From NCBI GenBank assembly GCA_039683455.1, contig JBDKRJ010000020.1:190278-254277 (forward strand): a stretch of 64,000 bases of DNA, in the 5' to 3' direction. How positions within the stretch are numbered: position 1 is the stretch's first letter; the number at the start of each line of letters is the position of its first letter. The position numbers and the translations under genes were made by a program. Source of the DNA: Rikenellaceae bacterium. Its GTDB lineage: Bacteria; Bacteroidota; Bacteroidia; Bacteroidales; UBA932. Below are positions 16,776 to 27,300 of this stretch, piece after piece. The notes under the pieces were generated by a model, which made no database searches, was not told where the DNA came from, and saw only the letters and a list, made by a program, of their open reading frames with translations.

Positions 16776-17527
16776 ATTGTATTAGGAAACTTTACTATTG
16801 GCGCTCAAACCAGAATTCTTTACAATTTTAACGATAGAGCAGTTGAAAATATTATTACTCCCCTGCTCCGTCACCTCAAAAACTTCTACAGTATGGAGGG
16901 GTTCACTCCTGCTTACCCAGGTAAAGCAGAAAAACACTCAATTTTTATTAACCTGAATCCTGCATCAATTATGCACAAGGAGGGCTACAAGCTTGATGTT
17001 ACAAAAAATGGGATTACCCTGGAGGCCTCAACTCCAAGGAGAAATTGGCTAAAGTTAAGGTTTCTCTGGCAGAGATAGTGGATTATCCTCGGTTCAAGTG
17101 GAGGGAACTTCACTTGGGTGTATGTCGTCATTTTATGCCTAAGGAATTTGTATTAAAGTACATCGACTATATGTCCATGCATAAGTTCAACACATTCCAC
17201 TTTCACCTTACCGAGGACCAGGGCTGGAGAATAGAAATTAAAAAGTACCCGCTTCTAACACAGATCGGCTCAGTGCGCAAGGAGACTTTGGACTCAGCCG
17301 TTGCTTATATAATGGGGGCACAACAGGGCAATGTATGGACAGAATACATGGCTACTCCCGAGCATGTGGAATACATGGTTTACCCAAGAGCCGCCGCTCT
17401 CGCAGAAGTTGTATGGTCGCCCAAAGAGTCACGCGATTATGTCAGCTTTAAGAATCGGATGAAAGAACAGATAAAGCGTTACGATGTTTACGGAATAAAC
17501 TATTTCAAAACAGAGAGCTCAAAGTAG
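16776..17527 (+). pseudogene. Eroded GH20 beta-N-acetylhexosaminidase remnant
   Basis: The open frame begins right after a TAA at 16773 and has no start codon (IVLGNFTIGAQTRILYNF...GYKLDVTKNGITLEASTP). The frame changes near 17040. The second piece (track start is a TTG) reads IVDYPRFKWRELHLGVCRHF...FHFHLTEDQGWRIEIKKYP and then jumps straight to QGNVWTEY...VEYMVYPRAAALAEVVW. The central catalytic segment, including the H-x-G-G-D-E acid/base pair, is missing. Confidence 0.8.
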
Positions 17528-17774
17528 CACTACAAGAATATGAGGGAAAAGGGATCATAAGTAAAATAATAATGGTCACATGGAATATTCGTGGGTATTT
17601 CATGTGACCATTGACGGTGCCCCCTTTATTATAACTACCCTTAAAATCCTGTTGCAAGGATTTCGACAAAAGTGCCGAGCAAACCCAAAATTCAATTCTC
17701 GACGGGTACCGTTTAAAAACTATATCTTGCTCAAATTTACTTTCTAATATTAATAATCCAAGCGGCAAACATAC

Positions 17775-17858
17775 TTGCTGCGCAAAGTTGCGCTAGACGA
17801 TCATGTATTTCGCTTGCAATCAACAACGTGGAAAAAAGTTGCTGCGCAAAGTTGCGCT
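17775..17858. repeat. Two identical 20-bp copies of TTGCTGCGCAAAGTTGCGCT, 64 bp apart
   Basis: The copies lie at 17775..17794 and 17839..17858. Each contains the palindrome GCGCAA-AG-TTGCGC. They sit in the 340-nt non-coding gap between the GH20 remnant and the convergent regulator gene. Confidence 0.85.
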
Positions 17859-17872
17859 TGAGAATTTTGAAT

Positions 17873-19540
17873 TTATTCTTTTTCGAAGATTTTAAACACA
17901 GATCGAGGATCAAAAGGAAGGTTTTCTACACCTGTAATTTTATCTCTGATTTTTGTTTTGGTTGCTCTTATACTTGAAGTGGAGGTACACAGTATATCCG
18001 CTATCTCTTGTGTCGAGTAATCATATTCGACTAATGCAAGCGTTATTTTTTCCAGATCCGACAAATCCCGGAAGTATTTTAGATTTGGATTAAGTGATAG
18101 AAAAGCTTCTTTTCTGACAATTGCTGCAAATTTGTTTTTTGATAACGTTCTAATTTCGTCGATGGATTTATTTAAATCTTCCGATAGCTCCTTTGAAAAT
18201 TTTCTGCTCCGGTTTGCTTGTATATTTACATCTTCAATAAATTTTGGCAATAATCCGGCAGATACTTTCTGAACTTCATTTATAAACCACGACTCTTTTA
18301 ATTCAGTCTCTGCAGAAAAGATCTGTTTATCTGTATGCTCTCTCTTTTTCTTATATCCGTTAACCATCAACCGTACAAAAAGAATGATCAATACAATTAA
18401 TAACAATAAAGAAAATAAGACATTAAAAAGAAAAGCATTATGCGCCTCTGATTTTGATAATTGAGCCTCTTTTCGTGATAAATCGTATCTCTTTTCAATT
18501 TCCAGAAATCTGCTTCTTGAAAGCTTGCTATAGGATTTAATGTATAAAAAATAGGCTTTCCTGTAATGTTCACTAGCTTGTTTATAATCTCCTTTTGCAG
18601 AATAAAGATCCGCCAGATATCTGTAATAGAAATGATTCTCCCTTGAGGATGAGTCCGTAATAGATTTCACTGCAAGTTTGCTGTAAAACAAACAACTATC
18701 TGGTCTGTTACTTCTTTTGTAATATGAAGCAAGTGAATAATATAATTTTGGATAATTTATATCAAGATTATCTTCACTCTTCATTTTAAGCATTTTTTTA
18801 ATATATTCGGTGGATATTTTATAATCTTTCTTTGCAGAATAATAACCTGCAAGAGCATTATAAAATTCGTATTGAATATGGGGAGATAGCGTGTCTGAGT
18901 CTGCAAAGGTGATAATGTTAGAGAGAGCTTCTGAATATTTTTTTTGTGAAAAATATGACCAAAAAAGATCTAATCTGGCAATCTGGACATTTCTAACATC
19001 ATTTAGTCTGGTGTATATTTCAATACTTTTTTTTAAATAGGATTCAGCCTCTTCGAAGTTGCTTTTTAAACTGCTTATTTTTCCAAGGTAAATATAAATT
19101 TGGCCTTTCATGGCCATATCATTGATGTTCTTTGAGACATAAGTCTCCTCAGCTTGCTTGATAAACATATAAGCCGAAGAATCGGCCCGGTTAATACCGT
19201 ATATAACAATCCCTTTGTAAAGGAGAGACCGGCAATAATTATAATAATTCTTGCTGCTTCGGTACCAGTTTACAGATAGTGTTATAGCTGAATCATTTTT
19301 AAAAGTTTCATAAATATTTTCTCCCGCAATAGTTCGTAGCAGGCTATAATAAGCTAAATTGCTGGTTGAAAGCTTCTCTTTCTGAATACTCTTCAGACTG
19401 TCTATAACACCTTTTGGGTTTTCCGATATGATTCTATCCCATGCTACTAATTTTTCATTTATATTTTGCTGCTCATGGTGAACTGATGTGCAAGAAAATA
19501 ACAATGCTGCAACAGATAAAACGAAAATAAGTTTTCTCAT
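17873..19540 (-). CDS. Membrane-spanning TPR-domain / LuxR-type HTH transcriptional regulator
   Basis: The likely start is the ATG at 19540 (MRKLIFVLSVAALLFSC, lipobox-like). About 350 aa of TPR-like repeats follow (many Y/A/L-spaced helices). An internal TM segment (AFLFNVLFSLLLLIVLIILFVRLMV) comes next. The C-terminus has a LuxR/GerE-type HTH (LSDLEKITLALVEYDYSTQEIADILCTSTSSIRATKTKIRDKI). Confidence 0.8.
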   Translation of the reverse strand: MRKLIFVLSVAALLFSCTSVHHEQQNINEKLVAWDRIISENPKGVIDSLKSIQKEKLSTSNLAYYSLLRTIAGENIYETFKNDSAITLSVNWYRSSKNYYNYCRSLLYKGIVIYGINRADSSAYMFIKQAEETYVSKNINDMAMKGQIYIYLGKISSLKSNFEEAESYLKKSIEIYTRLNDVRNVQIARLDLFWSYFSQKKYSEALSNIITFADSDTLSPHIQYEFYNALAGYYSAKKDYKISTEYIKKMLKMKSEDNLDINYPKLYYSLASYYKRSNRPDSCLFYSKLAVKSITDSSSRENHFYYRYLADLYSAKGDYKQASEHYRKAYFLYIKSYSKLSRSRFLEIEKRYDLSRKEAQLSKSEAHNAFLFNVLFSLLLLIVLIILFVRLMVNGYKKKREHTDKQIFSAETELKESWFINEVQKVSAGLLPKFIEDVNIQANRSRKFSKELSEDLNKSIDEIRTLSKNKFAAIVRKEAFLSLNPNLKYFRDLSDLEKITLALVEYDYSTQEIADILCTSTSSIRATKTKIRDKITGVENLPFDPRSVFKIFEKE

Positions 19541-19657
19541 TGAAAATGTGTTAACAACTAATGGCGTAAAGTTAAGCAAACATTTACTATTATTTATCCA
19601 TTACCTTCAACAAGCTTGAACCTATCTCTCTCTTTTATTTTTTATTCAAGAATAATT

Positions 19658-22210
19658 TTAGTTAATCCTTTCTTTAGCAAGTAATTCCCTAAAGAAAAGC
19701 GAATTCATAAACAATCTGGAACTGCCAAGCCAATAAGCTCTAAAGTATGGATCGTCCACAAAGTAAATCAGATTTCTGCCAGCCATTACTGCCGGAGTAT
19801 TTTTGATCAGATTTTTGTATTTGTCCGTCAAATAACCGCTTAAAAGAGGAGAGCCTGTGTAGTAGAGAGGAGTTACAAAGCGGTTTTTGGGCTTACTAAT
19901 TATTATGTCCCTCTCCTTAAACAGTGGTATCTCCTGGCTGATAATTCCATATCCCAGCGGGTGGGATGTATCCAGTTTTGAGTTAAGGATTATTCCGTTT
20001 ACCGGACTCACTCTTCTCTCCTGAAGATATTCCGAGTATTTTGCATATGAAGTAGTATCCTTATCGTCCTTCATTTTTGTACCCGTGATATTTGAGATGC
20101 CGAGTTCGTTAGTTGTCTTATATGCCGGGCCAATAGCAATGATTGTATTGTTTTTTGCCCATGAGGATAATTTGTCTGAAGCTGTTTTGCTAAGTTTAAA
20201 TTCGTTGTTTAAAACTATTATATTATACCGGTTTATATCTAAATCTGATAAATTGTCTGCATCTATCAGACTTACAGGAATATCAAACCTCCAGTCCAGC
20301 AGATGCCAGAGCTCCCCTATGCTGCCGTATGCTGCACCTCTGCCAATCAGTATGGCAATAATTGGTTTTGTAATTCGTTTAAAGTGGGTGCTGCCAAGAT
20401 CAAAATCATTTCCAAGGCCGCTGTTTACTGCATATACAGGAATTTTTCCTTTTCCGGAATAACTGTTAATTATTTTGTTCACATCACCTTCCGGAAGAGA
20501 TTGCTCCTTGACTGTAATAAGAAAAGTGCCGCATTTGAATCTCTTTTCGACGTTATCAATCGTATATGAAAAAGGAGCTTCGCTAACCTTTAATTTAATG
20601 CCATTTTTCATTAAATAGTATATAAAACTATATGAATAATAGTCGTTTATTTCAAACAGATATGCGTAGTTGGTCTGCTTTGCATTACTTATACTCTTTT
20701 CTGCTACTAAATCTGTTTCCTCTCCTAACAGTCCGCTGAGTTCCTTTACCTCTGAATAATACATATTAAGAGCCAAAGGTACAGTCCATGTTGAGATGTC
20801 ATAGAAAATTGAATCCTTATAATTTAAAGTTTTATCAAAAATGGTTTTAATGATTGTATAATTCATTTGGTCTGTAGGGATGATATATGAATATCCTTTA
20901 TTAAAGGTTTTGTTATTTATCGATAGATTTTTATTTAGCCTGTAAACTTTAATATCATGCGCCTTTAAAATCCTCATAAATTCTCTACTTAGTGAAATAT
21001 CCGAATCATTTCCAAAGACATAACCCTTTATAGGATCATTATTCGCCACAATCTTTTTGTTTAGAAAAAAGTTTTTTTGATAATTAAGCAATTCATTTTT
21101 CATTTCACAGGCAGCCTTTAATGCAGAAATCGAGCAGTAAACCTGATTTTGAATCATGTCGGTGAGACGGATTTCAACACCGTTTCGCTCTCTCTGTAAT
21201 CCTTTTGAATTTGGCTGTTCATATAGCAATCCTATACCGCCAGTTAAATCCGGGAGAGTTCCGCCCTTTCCTGTATAAAAGTCATCATAACCCTCTTTTG
21301 AAAAATAGACAGTACCTATTGTATTCAATATATCAGCATGATAAAGAGAAATCTTTTTACTTAGTTCCCAGTTTTCAAATGGAATGAGCGGGTTGGTACT
21401 GGCTTTTATTCCAGGAGAAAAAAATGAGCCGTATGTATTTCCATGTTCATGATAATCATTTAGCATAGTAGGCATCCATTGGTAAAAAATTTCCATTCTA
21501 TAGAAACTCTCCGGATGTTGAACAAACAGCCAGTCTCTGTTCAAGTCAAACCAGTAGTGATTAGATCTGCTAGTCGGCGAAGGTTCCTTAAACTCCCTCC
21601 CGTTTTCATCATTGTTACGACTGTAGGATAAATTCGAATTTACCCATGTAGCATATCTCTGAACTCCATCAGGGTTAAGGGCGGGTTGTAATATTATTAC
21701 ATTATTTTCGAGTATATTCTCAATAAAAGTATCTTGAGAAGAGGCCAGAATATATGAAACAACCAAGGACGCATTAACTCCGCTTGCTTCATTTCCATGA
21801 ATACTGTAGCCCAGCCATGTAACCACCGGCATTCCTTTAACATCCATTTTTACAGATTTATCCGGATTACAAAGATTTAAATGATTAAGCCGAATTGTTT
21901 CGAGGTTAGCCAAATTTTTTTCTGAACTAATAATCAAGAAAACCAGAGGTTTCTTTTCATAGGTAAAACCATTCTCAATAAGCTTAATCCTAGTAGACTT
22001 TTTTGAAAGTTCTCTAAGGTAAGAGATGGTTTGATCATAATTTACATGCATATCTCCAATTTCGAAACCCAGGTAATCTTTGGGTTTTGGTATGTCCTGG
22101 TTAAAAGTCCTGATATTATCGGGGATAAAAAAATTTAATTCCTTGGAAGGCTGTGCCTCCCCAGGAATTAAATTAAACATAAGAGCTGTTAATAAAAATA
22201 TTTTTTTCAA
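19658..22210 (-). CDS. M14-family zinc carboxypeptidase-like protein (large, secreted)
   Basis: 850-aa ORF with a signal peptide and the M14 zinc-binding HxxE motif in YSIHGNEASG. It is the last gene of the SusC/SusD locus. Confidence 0.8.
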   Translation of the reverse strand: MKKIFLLTALMFNLIPGEAQPSKELNFFIPDNIRTFNQDIPKPKDYLGFEIGDMHVNYDQTISYLRELSKKSTRIKLIENGFTYEKKPLVFLIISSEKNLANLETIRLNHLNLCNPDKSVKMDVKGMPVVTWLGYSIHGNEASGVNASLVVSYILASSQDTFIENILENNVIILQPALNPDGVQRYATWVNSNLSYSRNNDENGREFKEPSPTSRSNHYWFDLNRDWLFVQHPESFYRMEIFYQWMPTMLNDYHEHGNTYGSFFSPGIKASTNPLIPFENWELSKKISLYHADILNTIGTVYFSKEGYDDFYTGKGGTLPDLTGGIGLLYEQPNSKGLQRERNGVEIRLTDMIQNQVYCSISALKAACEMKNELLNYQKNFFLNKKIVANNDPIKGYVFGNDSDISLSREFMRILKAHDIKVYRLNKNLSINNKTFNKGYSYIIPTDQMNYTIIKTIFDKTLNYKDSIFYDISTWTVPLALNMYYSEVKELSGLLGEETDLVAEKSISNAKQTNYAYLFEINDYYSYSFIYYLMKNGIKLKVSEAPFSYTIDNVEKRFKCGTFLITVKEQSLPEGDVNKIINSYSGKGKIPVYAVNSGLGNDFDLGSTHFKRITKPIIAILIGRGAAYGSIGELWHLLDWRFDIPVSLIDADNLSDLDINRYNIIVLNNEFKLSKTASDKLSSWAKNNTIIAIGPAYKTTNELGISNITGTKMKDDKDTTSYAKYSEYLQERRVSPVNGIILNSKLDTSHPLGYGIISQEIPLFKERDIIISKPKNRFVTPLYYTGSPLLSGYLTDKYKNLIKNTPAVMAGRNLIYFVDDPYFRAYWLGSSRLFMNSLFFRELLAKERIN

Positions 22211-22222
22211 AATAGTATGGGT

Positions 22223-22816
22223 TTAGAATATTGTGGGGCTAGATGTGTTTCTTTTTCCAAAACACAACATTAAAATACTAGTAGGGACATTTGCTTTAAT
22301 CGATTCACTGTCTATCAATTCAATAAAAACCATTTTGCTTGTTTTAGTATTGGTATTGTCACTGTTTGTGAGCACTTCAATTTCAAAACTACCAAAGCTT
22401 GACCCGGAAGGAATAATAAAAGTGCCCGTTTCTGCTGCATTATATTGTATTCCGGCAACAGCTGTCGAAGAGATCTTGTACCATGCAGTATTTTCTACTC
22501 CTTCAGGTTGTTTGCCTGTAATAACATTTCTTGCTATATCAAAATAGACAAACTGCCTTATCACATAATTTACTTTAGTATCAACATCTCTTTGAGGTCC
22601 TATAAGTTGGACATAAAATTTATTAAGCCCTAGAACAGGCGCAATGTTATAATTATGGAAATAGTATCTCGCATTTAGATATTGCATGGTTCCGGAACCT
22701 TTTGTAGGTACAAATTCAACATAATCAGGACCTTCGTATGAAAAATCCTCTTTTTCACATGAGCTTGACATCACTACTGCCAGGCATACGAATATAAATA
22801 TTTTTATATGTTTCAT
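22223..22816 (-). CDS. SusD-adjacent lipoprotein of unknown function (possibly DUF4843-type)
   Basis: 197-aa ORF with a lipobox (VVMSSSC), 11 nt downstream of susD. The family guess comes only from position and size. Confidence 0.55.
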   Translation of the reverse strand: MKHIKIFIFVCLAVVMSSSCEKEDFSYEGPDYVEFVPTKGSGTMQYLNARYYFHNYNIAPVLGLNKFYVQLIGPQRDVDTKVNYVIRQFVYFDIARNVITGKQPEGVENTAWYKISSTAVAGIQYNAAETGTFIIPSGSSFGSFEIEVLTNSDNTNTKTSKMVFIELIDSESIKANVPTSILMLCFGKRNTSSPTIF

Positions 22817-22827
22817 ATAGTTTTTTT

Positions 22828-24339
22828 TTAATATCCAGGGTTTTGTACAAGATTTGGGTTTGCGCCATTCGGCTGAGCATCTGTTAGGGGAATTCTGGCA
22901 ACCACCCTAGGGTCGTCCCATGAAAGAGCAACATATCCGGCTGCAATACCTTCCTGTGATTTTGAAATGTCTCTGCCCCATCTTTTCAGATCAAAAAATC
23001 TCTGACCTTCTCCTATGAACTCTTTTCTTCGTTCGTTCTCTGCAAGAGTAAGCAATGCTTGTCCTGATACATTGTTCACTGGTGCTAGTTTTCTTGCTAC
23101 TCTCATAAAATTAATATCATTTAGAGCATTAAGCTCCTCCTTTACGGATTTTTTAAGATATGCTTCGGCTCTGATATGATACATTTCAGATAATCGTATA
23201 ACGGGAATATTATCAAGCCCGTATACACCATTGTATCCGTTAAATTTATATAACCATATTCCCTTTTCAGGGGTTGACAGGTTTGCACCGCGTATTACTT
23301 TCTTCATAATGGCAAGTCTGGAATCACCTGATTCATACGTATTGTATAATGCAATTGAAAATAGAACATCTCCATACCCACTGCCTTTTTTTTCATCACG
23401 ATACCATTCCGGATCATTCGCCAGGGGCTCAAGTAATCCTGTGTTGGTGTATATTGATTGCATAGAAGAAGATCCAAGATTATCAGTTTCTCTATATACA
23501 AGCTGAAAGATTGTCTCTTTTGACTGAGAAAATACAGTAGTATAATCTCCCGTAACTATTGATATCCCATATTTTGATGCATTGTCAATAACCCAGGTGG
23601 CAGCTGTAATTGCAGAGGAATAATCTTCTTTGTACAGATAAACCCTTGCCAACATAGCCTTTGCGGCAAGAGCAGTGCCTCTGTTTGGGAAATTGCCGTT
23701 ATCATTGTCTTGTAAAAGATTGAATGACTCTTCAAGATCGTTTATGATCTGCTCGTATGTTTCATTGACTGTAGATCGAGGCTTCTCAATTTCCGGGATA
23801 TTTGTGCCATCAAAAATAAATGGGTTAGTCTGTATAATCACACCCAGATCAAAATTTGGAATAAGATAATTTGGTTCTCTGGAGTACACTCTCGCCAGAT
23901 CGAAGAACTGCCAGCCTCTTAAAAAGTAGGCTTCACCCTTTATTAATCTTTTATTATAAGTATCTGCTGCTGTAATATCCTCAACTTTGTCAATAGCGTC
24001 AATTACAAAGTTTGCGTTTCTTATTACTCTATAGCTAATTGTCCAGTTATTGCCGTGAGCCCCAATTGTATTTCTCGCCTCACTTGTAATAACATTTCCG
24101 TGAGAAGTGGCAATTTTGGCATTATCTGCCATAACCTCAACACCTGCAATCATCTGTCTGCCATAAGAATCAGAGCCAATAAGCTGAGAGTATGCGGACA
24201 TCAATGTAGATGTATTTCCTGATATTGTACTCAGCGCCTTTTCTGCATTAACGGAATTTTCCGGCTCTACATCTAGCCAAGATTCACAAGAACAAATTAT
24301 TGGCGTAAGTGACACAATTATTATTAATAATCTTTTCAT
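22828..24339 (-). CDS. RagB/SusD-family nutrient-binding outer-membrane lipoprotein
   Basis: 503-aa ORF with a lipobox (PIICSC). It has the typical SusD features, including TPR-like helices (ARVYLYKEDYSSA) and a C-terminal ..NPNLVQNPGY. It lies immediately downstream of susC. Confidence 0.9.
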   Translation of the reverse strand: MKRLLIIIVSLTPIICSCESWLDVEPENSVNAEKALSTISGNTSTLMSAYSQLIGSDSYGRQMIAGVEVMADNAKIATSHGNVITSEARNTIGAHGNNWTISYRVIRNANFVIDAIDKVEDITAADTYNKRLIKGEAYFLRGWQFFDLARVYSREPNYLIPNFDLGVIIQTNPFIFDGTNIPEIEKPRSTVNETYEQIINDLEESFNLLQDNDNGNFPNRGTALAAKAMLARVYLYKEDYSSAITAATWVIDNASKYGISIVTGDYTTVFSQSKETIFQLVYRETDNLGSSSMQSIYTNTGLLEPLANDPEWYRDEKKGSGYGDVLFSIALYNTYESGDSRLAIMKKVIRGANLSTPEKGIWLYKFNGYNGVYGLDNIPVIRLSEMYHIRAEAYLKKSVKEELNALNDINFMRVARKLAPVNNVSGQALLTLAENERRKEFIGEGQRFFDLKRWGRDISKSQEGIAAGYVALSWDDPRVVARIPLTDAQPNGANPNLVQNPGY

Positions 24340-24357
24340 GATTTTGTATATTAATCT

Positions 24358-27300
24358 CTATAAATTCAATTTTATCACATAAGTTATAGTTCTTGACTGA
24401 GGATAGGTTCCTGAATCACTTCCTGTAAACTCCGGATCGTATCCTGTATATGGAGTAGTAGTCCATAGATTAAATGCATTTAAAGCCATAGTAAGTCCTT
24501 TTACGCCAAGTTTTGAAGTGATTTTCTTAGGAAACAGATAACTTATTGAGATGTTTTTAAGTTTTATAAAATCTGTTTTCTCATAATGATAGGAAGAGGA
24601 AGCAGAGTAAGAAGTAGTATTTCCTCCCGGCCCTAAATATGTGTTACCGGTCATTGGTTGGGCTACAGAGGTTATTTGTCCGGGCTCTCTCCAGAAATCT
24701 GTGTACATCTTCAATAGCTGATTTCTGTCGTTTGTATTTCCAACTCTTGATAGTTGTATCTTATCTGCATTGTATCTCCTTGCTCCTGACTGGAACTGAA
24801 ATAAGAAGGAAAAGTCAAAATTTTTCCATGAAAACGAGTTTATTACCCCTCCATAAAATGTGGGATAGATGCCATTAAGATAAACTCTGTCCACTGAGTT
24901 TTGTTTGTAAACAATATACCCGTCTTTGTCATACCACATAGGACGGCCATCAGCAGGATTTACACCTGCAAAATTATAAGTATAGAAAACATCAATCGAT
25001 TTTCCTACAACTAAACCAGTACCAATTTGAGAGGCACCACCGATTAAAGAGAGAATCTCATTTTTTAACCATGTAAAATTTGGAGAGATGCTCCAGGAGA
25101 AATCTTTATTTTTTATCGGAACTAAGTTAAGAGATAATTCTAATCCCCTGTTTCTAACAGAACCTACATTCTGAGGTATTGATGTGTAACCGGAGTTTAT
25201 AGGAACAGGCCGGTCAAACAACAGATTTTTGGTGATGTCATTAAAATAATCTGCCTGAACTGTTATTCTGTTATCAAATATTGCCAGATCAACTCCGAGA
25301 TTTAAAGAGTATTTGGTTTCCCAGGTAAGATCCTTATTGCCAGGAATAGAAGGAGCAATACCAGAGATATTGTCATATCTTCCGCTTCCTGCAAACTGTG
25401 GGTTGGCAACAAAATTTCCAATATCCGAATTGCCTGTCAATCCATAGCTTAGTTTAAATTTTAGATCGTTTATCCATTTCTTCTCTTTAAAGAAAGCCTC
25501 TTCACTTAATCTCCATGCAGTTGATGCAGATGGGAATACTCCCCATTTTCTATTATCTCCAAACCTCGAAGATCCATCTCTTCTCACTACAAAATTAAAA
25601 ATATATTTATCGCTAAGTGTGTACCCGACTCTTCCGAAAAGCCCGATAAGCTTATATCCGGTAAAGCTTTCTGAATATCCGTCAATCGCGCCTGCCTGAC
25701 TTAGAAGTTTAAAATCTGATGATGGAACACCTACTGCCGATGTCTGATTACTTCTGTTTTCATAGTCTTTGTATTCAAAACCAGCGAGAACATTAATCCT
25801 ATGCTTTCCATTTGCGGAGACTTTTCTGTAATTTAAAGTTTCTGATGTCTGCAAACTTAATATCTGTGTATTGGCAGTAGCTATAAACCCATTATATGCC
25901 ATTCCCTGAGGTGTTAATGGGTCGAGATATTGATGCTCGTAAAGTGTATTATAATCCAATTTTCCACTTGCTTTAAACTCAAGGTCAGGAAGGATATGAA
26001 AAACAAAATCAGTAGAGTGGGTAAGTTTGTTGATTGTGAGTTTATAAATATTCAACTCTGATGCCTGAACCGGATTTGTTGTCTGGGCTCCCTCAAGATT
26101 GCTAACATTTAATGATCCGTCTTCATTGTAAACTCTGTTGAAAGGAATCATATTCAATACACCACGAGCCGGAGTTGCAATTAGTCCCCCGGTTGTCGGT
26201 TGTCTTTGCTGGGTAGTGCCGAATGTAGTCGAATTATTGATATCTAACCACTTATTAACATTAATATCCACGTTCGATCTTAATGAAACCCTTTTGAAAT
26301 AGTTGAAAATAGTAGAGGCATCCGAGTTATTGAAACTGCCGCTTATGTACGATTTTACATGTTCATTTCCTGCTGAAACCCCAAGTTGGTATTCCCTGGT
26401 AAACCCGTTACGGAAAATGGCCTTTTTCCAGTTGTCGTGAGGTATCTTTTTTGAATCAAACACAATATTTGGATATTCTGATGCTTCACTTAATATCCAA
26501 CCTCTGCTTTTATAAGTATTAAAAGGAGTCGTGAAATTGGAACTACTGTTGCCATATCGGTTATATATTCCCATTAGATCAAGATCTATATATTGTTCAC
26601 TGTTGCATAACTTAATATTATCACTCACCATATCCAACCCGTAATTTACAGAGAAATTAATTTTAGGGACTCCCTGTGTTCCTCTTTTAGTCTTAATAAT
26701 TATTACACCATTGGCAGCCTGAGCGCCATAAATTGAAGCTGTAGCAGCATCTTTTAGGATGTCAATAGACTCTATGTCTTCGGGATTAAGACCGCTCATC
26801 ACATTGGATGTCTGAACAAGTTTAGAAAAATCTCCGGTAGTAACCTGAACTCCGTCCAAAATGTACAGAGGGGTAATACCTCCATTGATTGAGCTTTTAC
26901 CTCTGATATTGATGTTTACTGATGCTCCCGGAAGACCATTTGCAGATACTATCTGAACACCGGCAGCCTTTCCCTCCAGGGCTCTTTGTATATTGTCCAC
27001 ATTAGCCATATGTAGTTCTTTACTCGACACATTAGCAACCGATCCGGAAAGATTCTTTTTTTTCTCGGTAATATAACCGGTTGAAACCACAATTTCATTA
27101 AGTGCAATAGTTTCGGGCGTAAGTTCTATGTTTATTATACCTCTGTTTCCAATGGGGATCCTTGTCATTTGATAGCTTATATAAGAAAAAACAAGAATTT
27201 TACTATCCTCATCTACATTTATGCTATACTTCCCTTCGACATCTGTACTTACCCCCTTTGAAAAATTGTCATCTGGGACTACCGAAACACCAACAAGAGG

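Noticed and set aside
17505-17768. 87-aa minus-strand ORF in the gap after the GH20 remnant, and a 9-bp-stem hairpin GGTCACATG...CATGTGACC (17574..17609)
   Set aside because: The ORF has no start context or motifs and overlaps the pseudogene end. The hairpin has an 18-nt loop and no T-run, so it is a weak terminator candidate at best.
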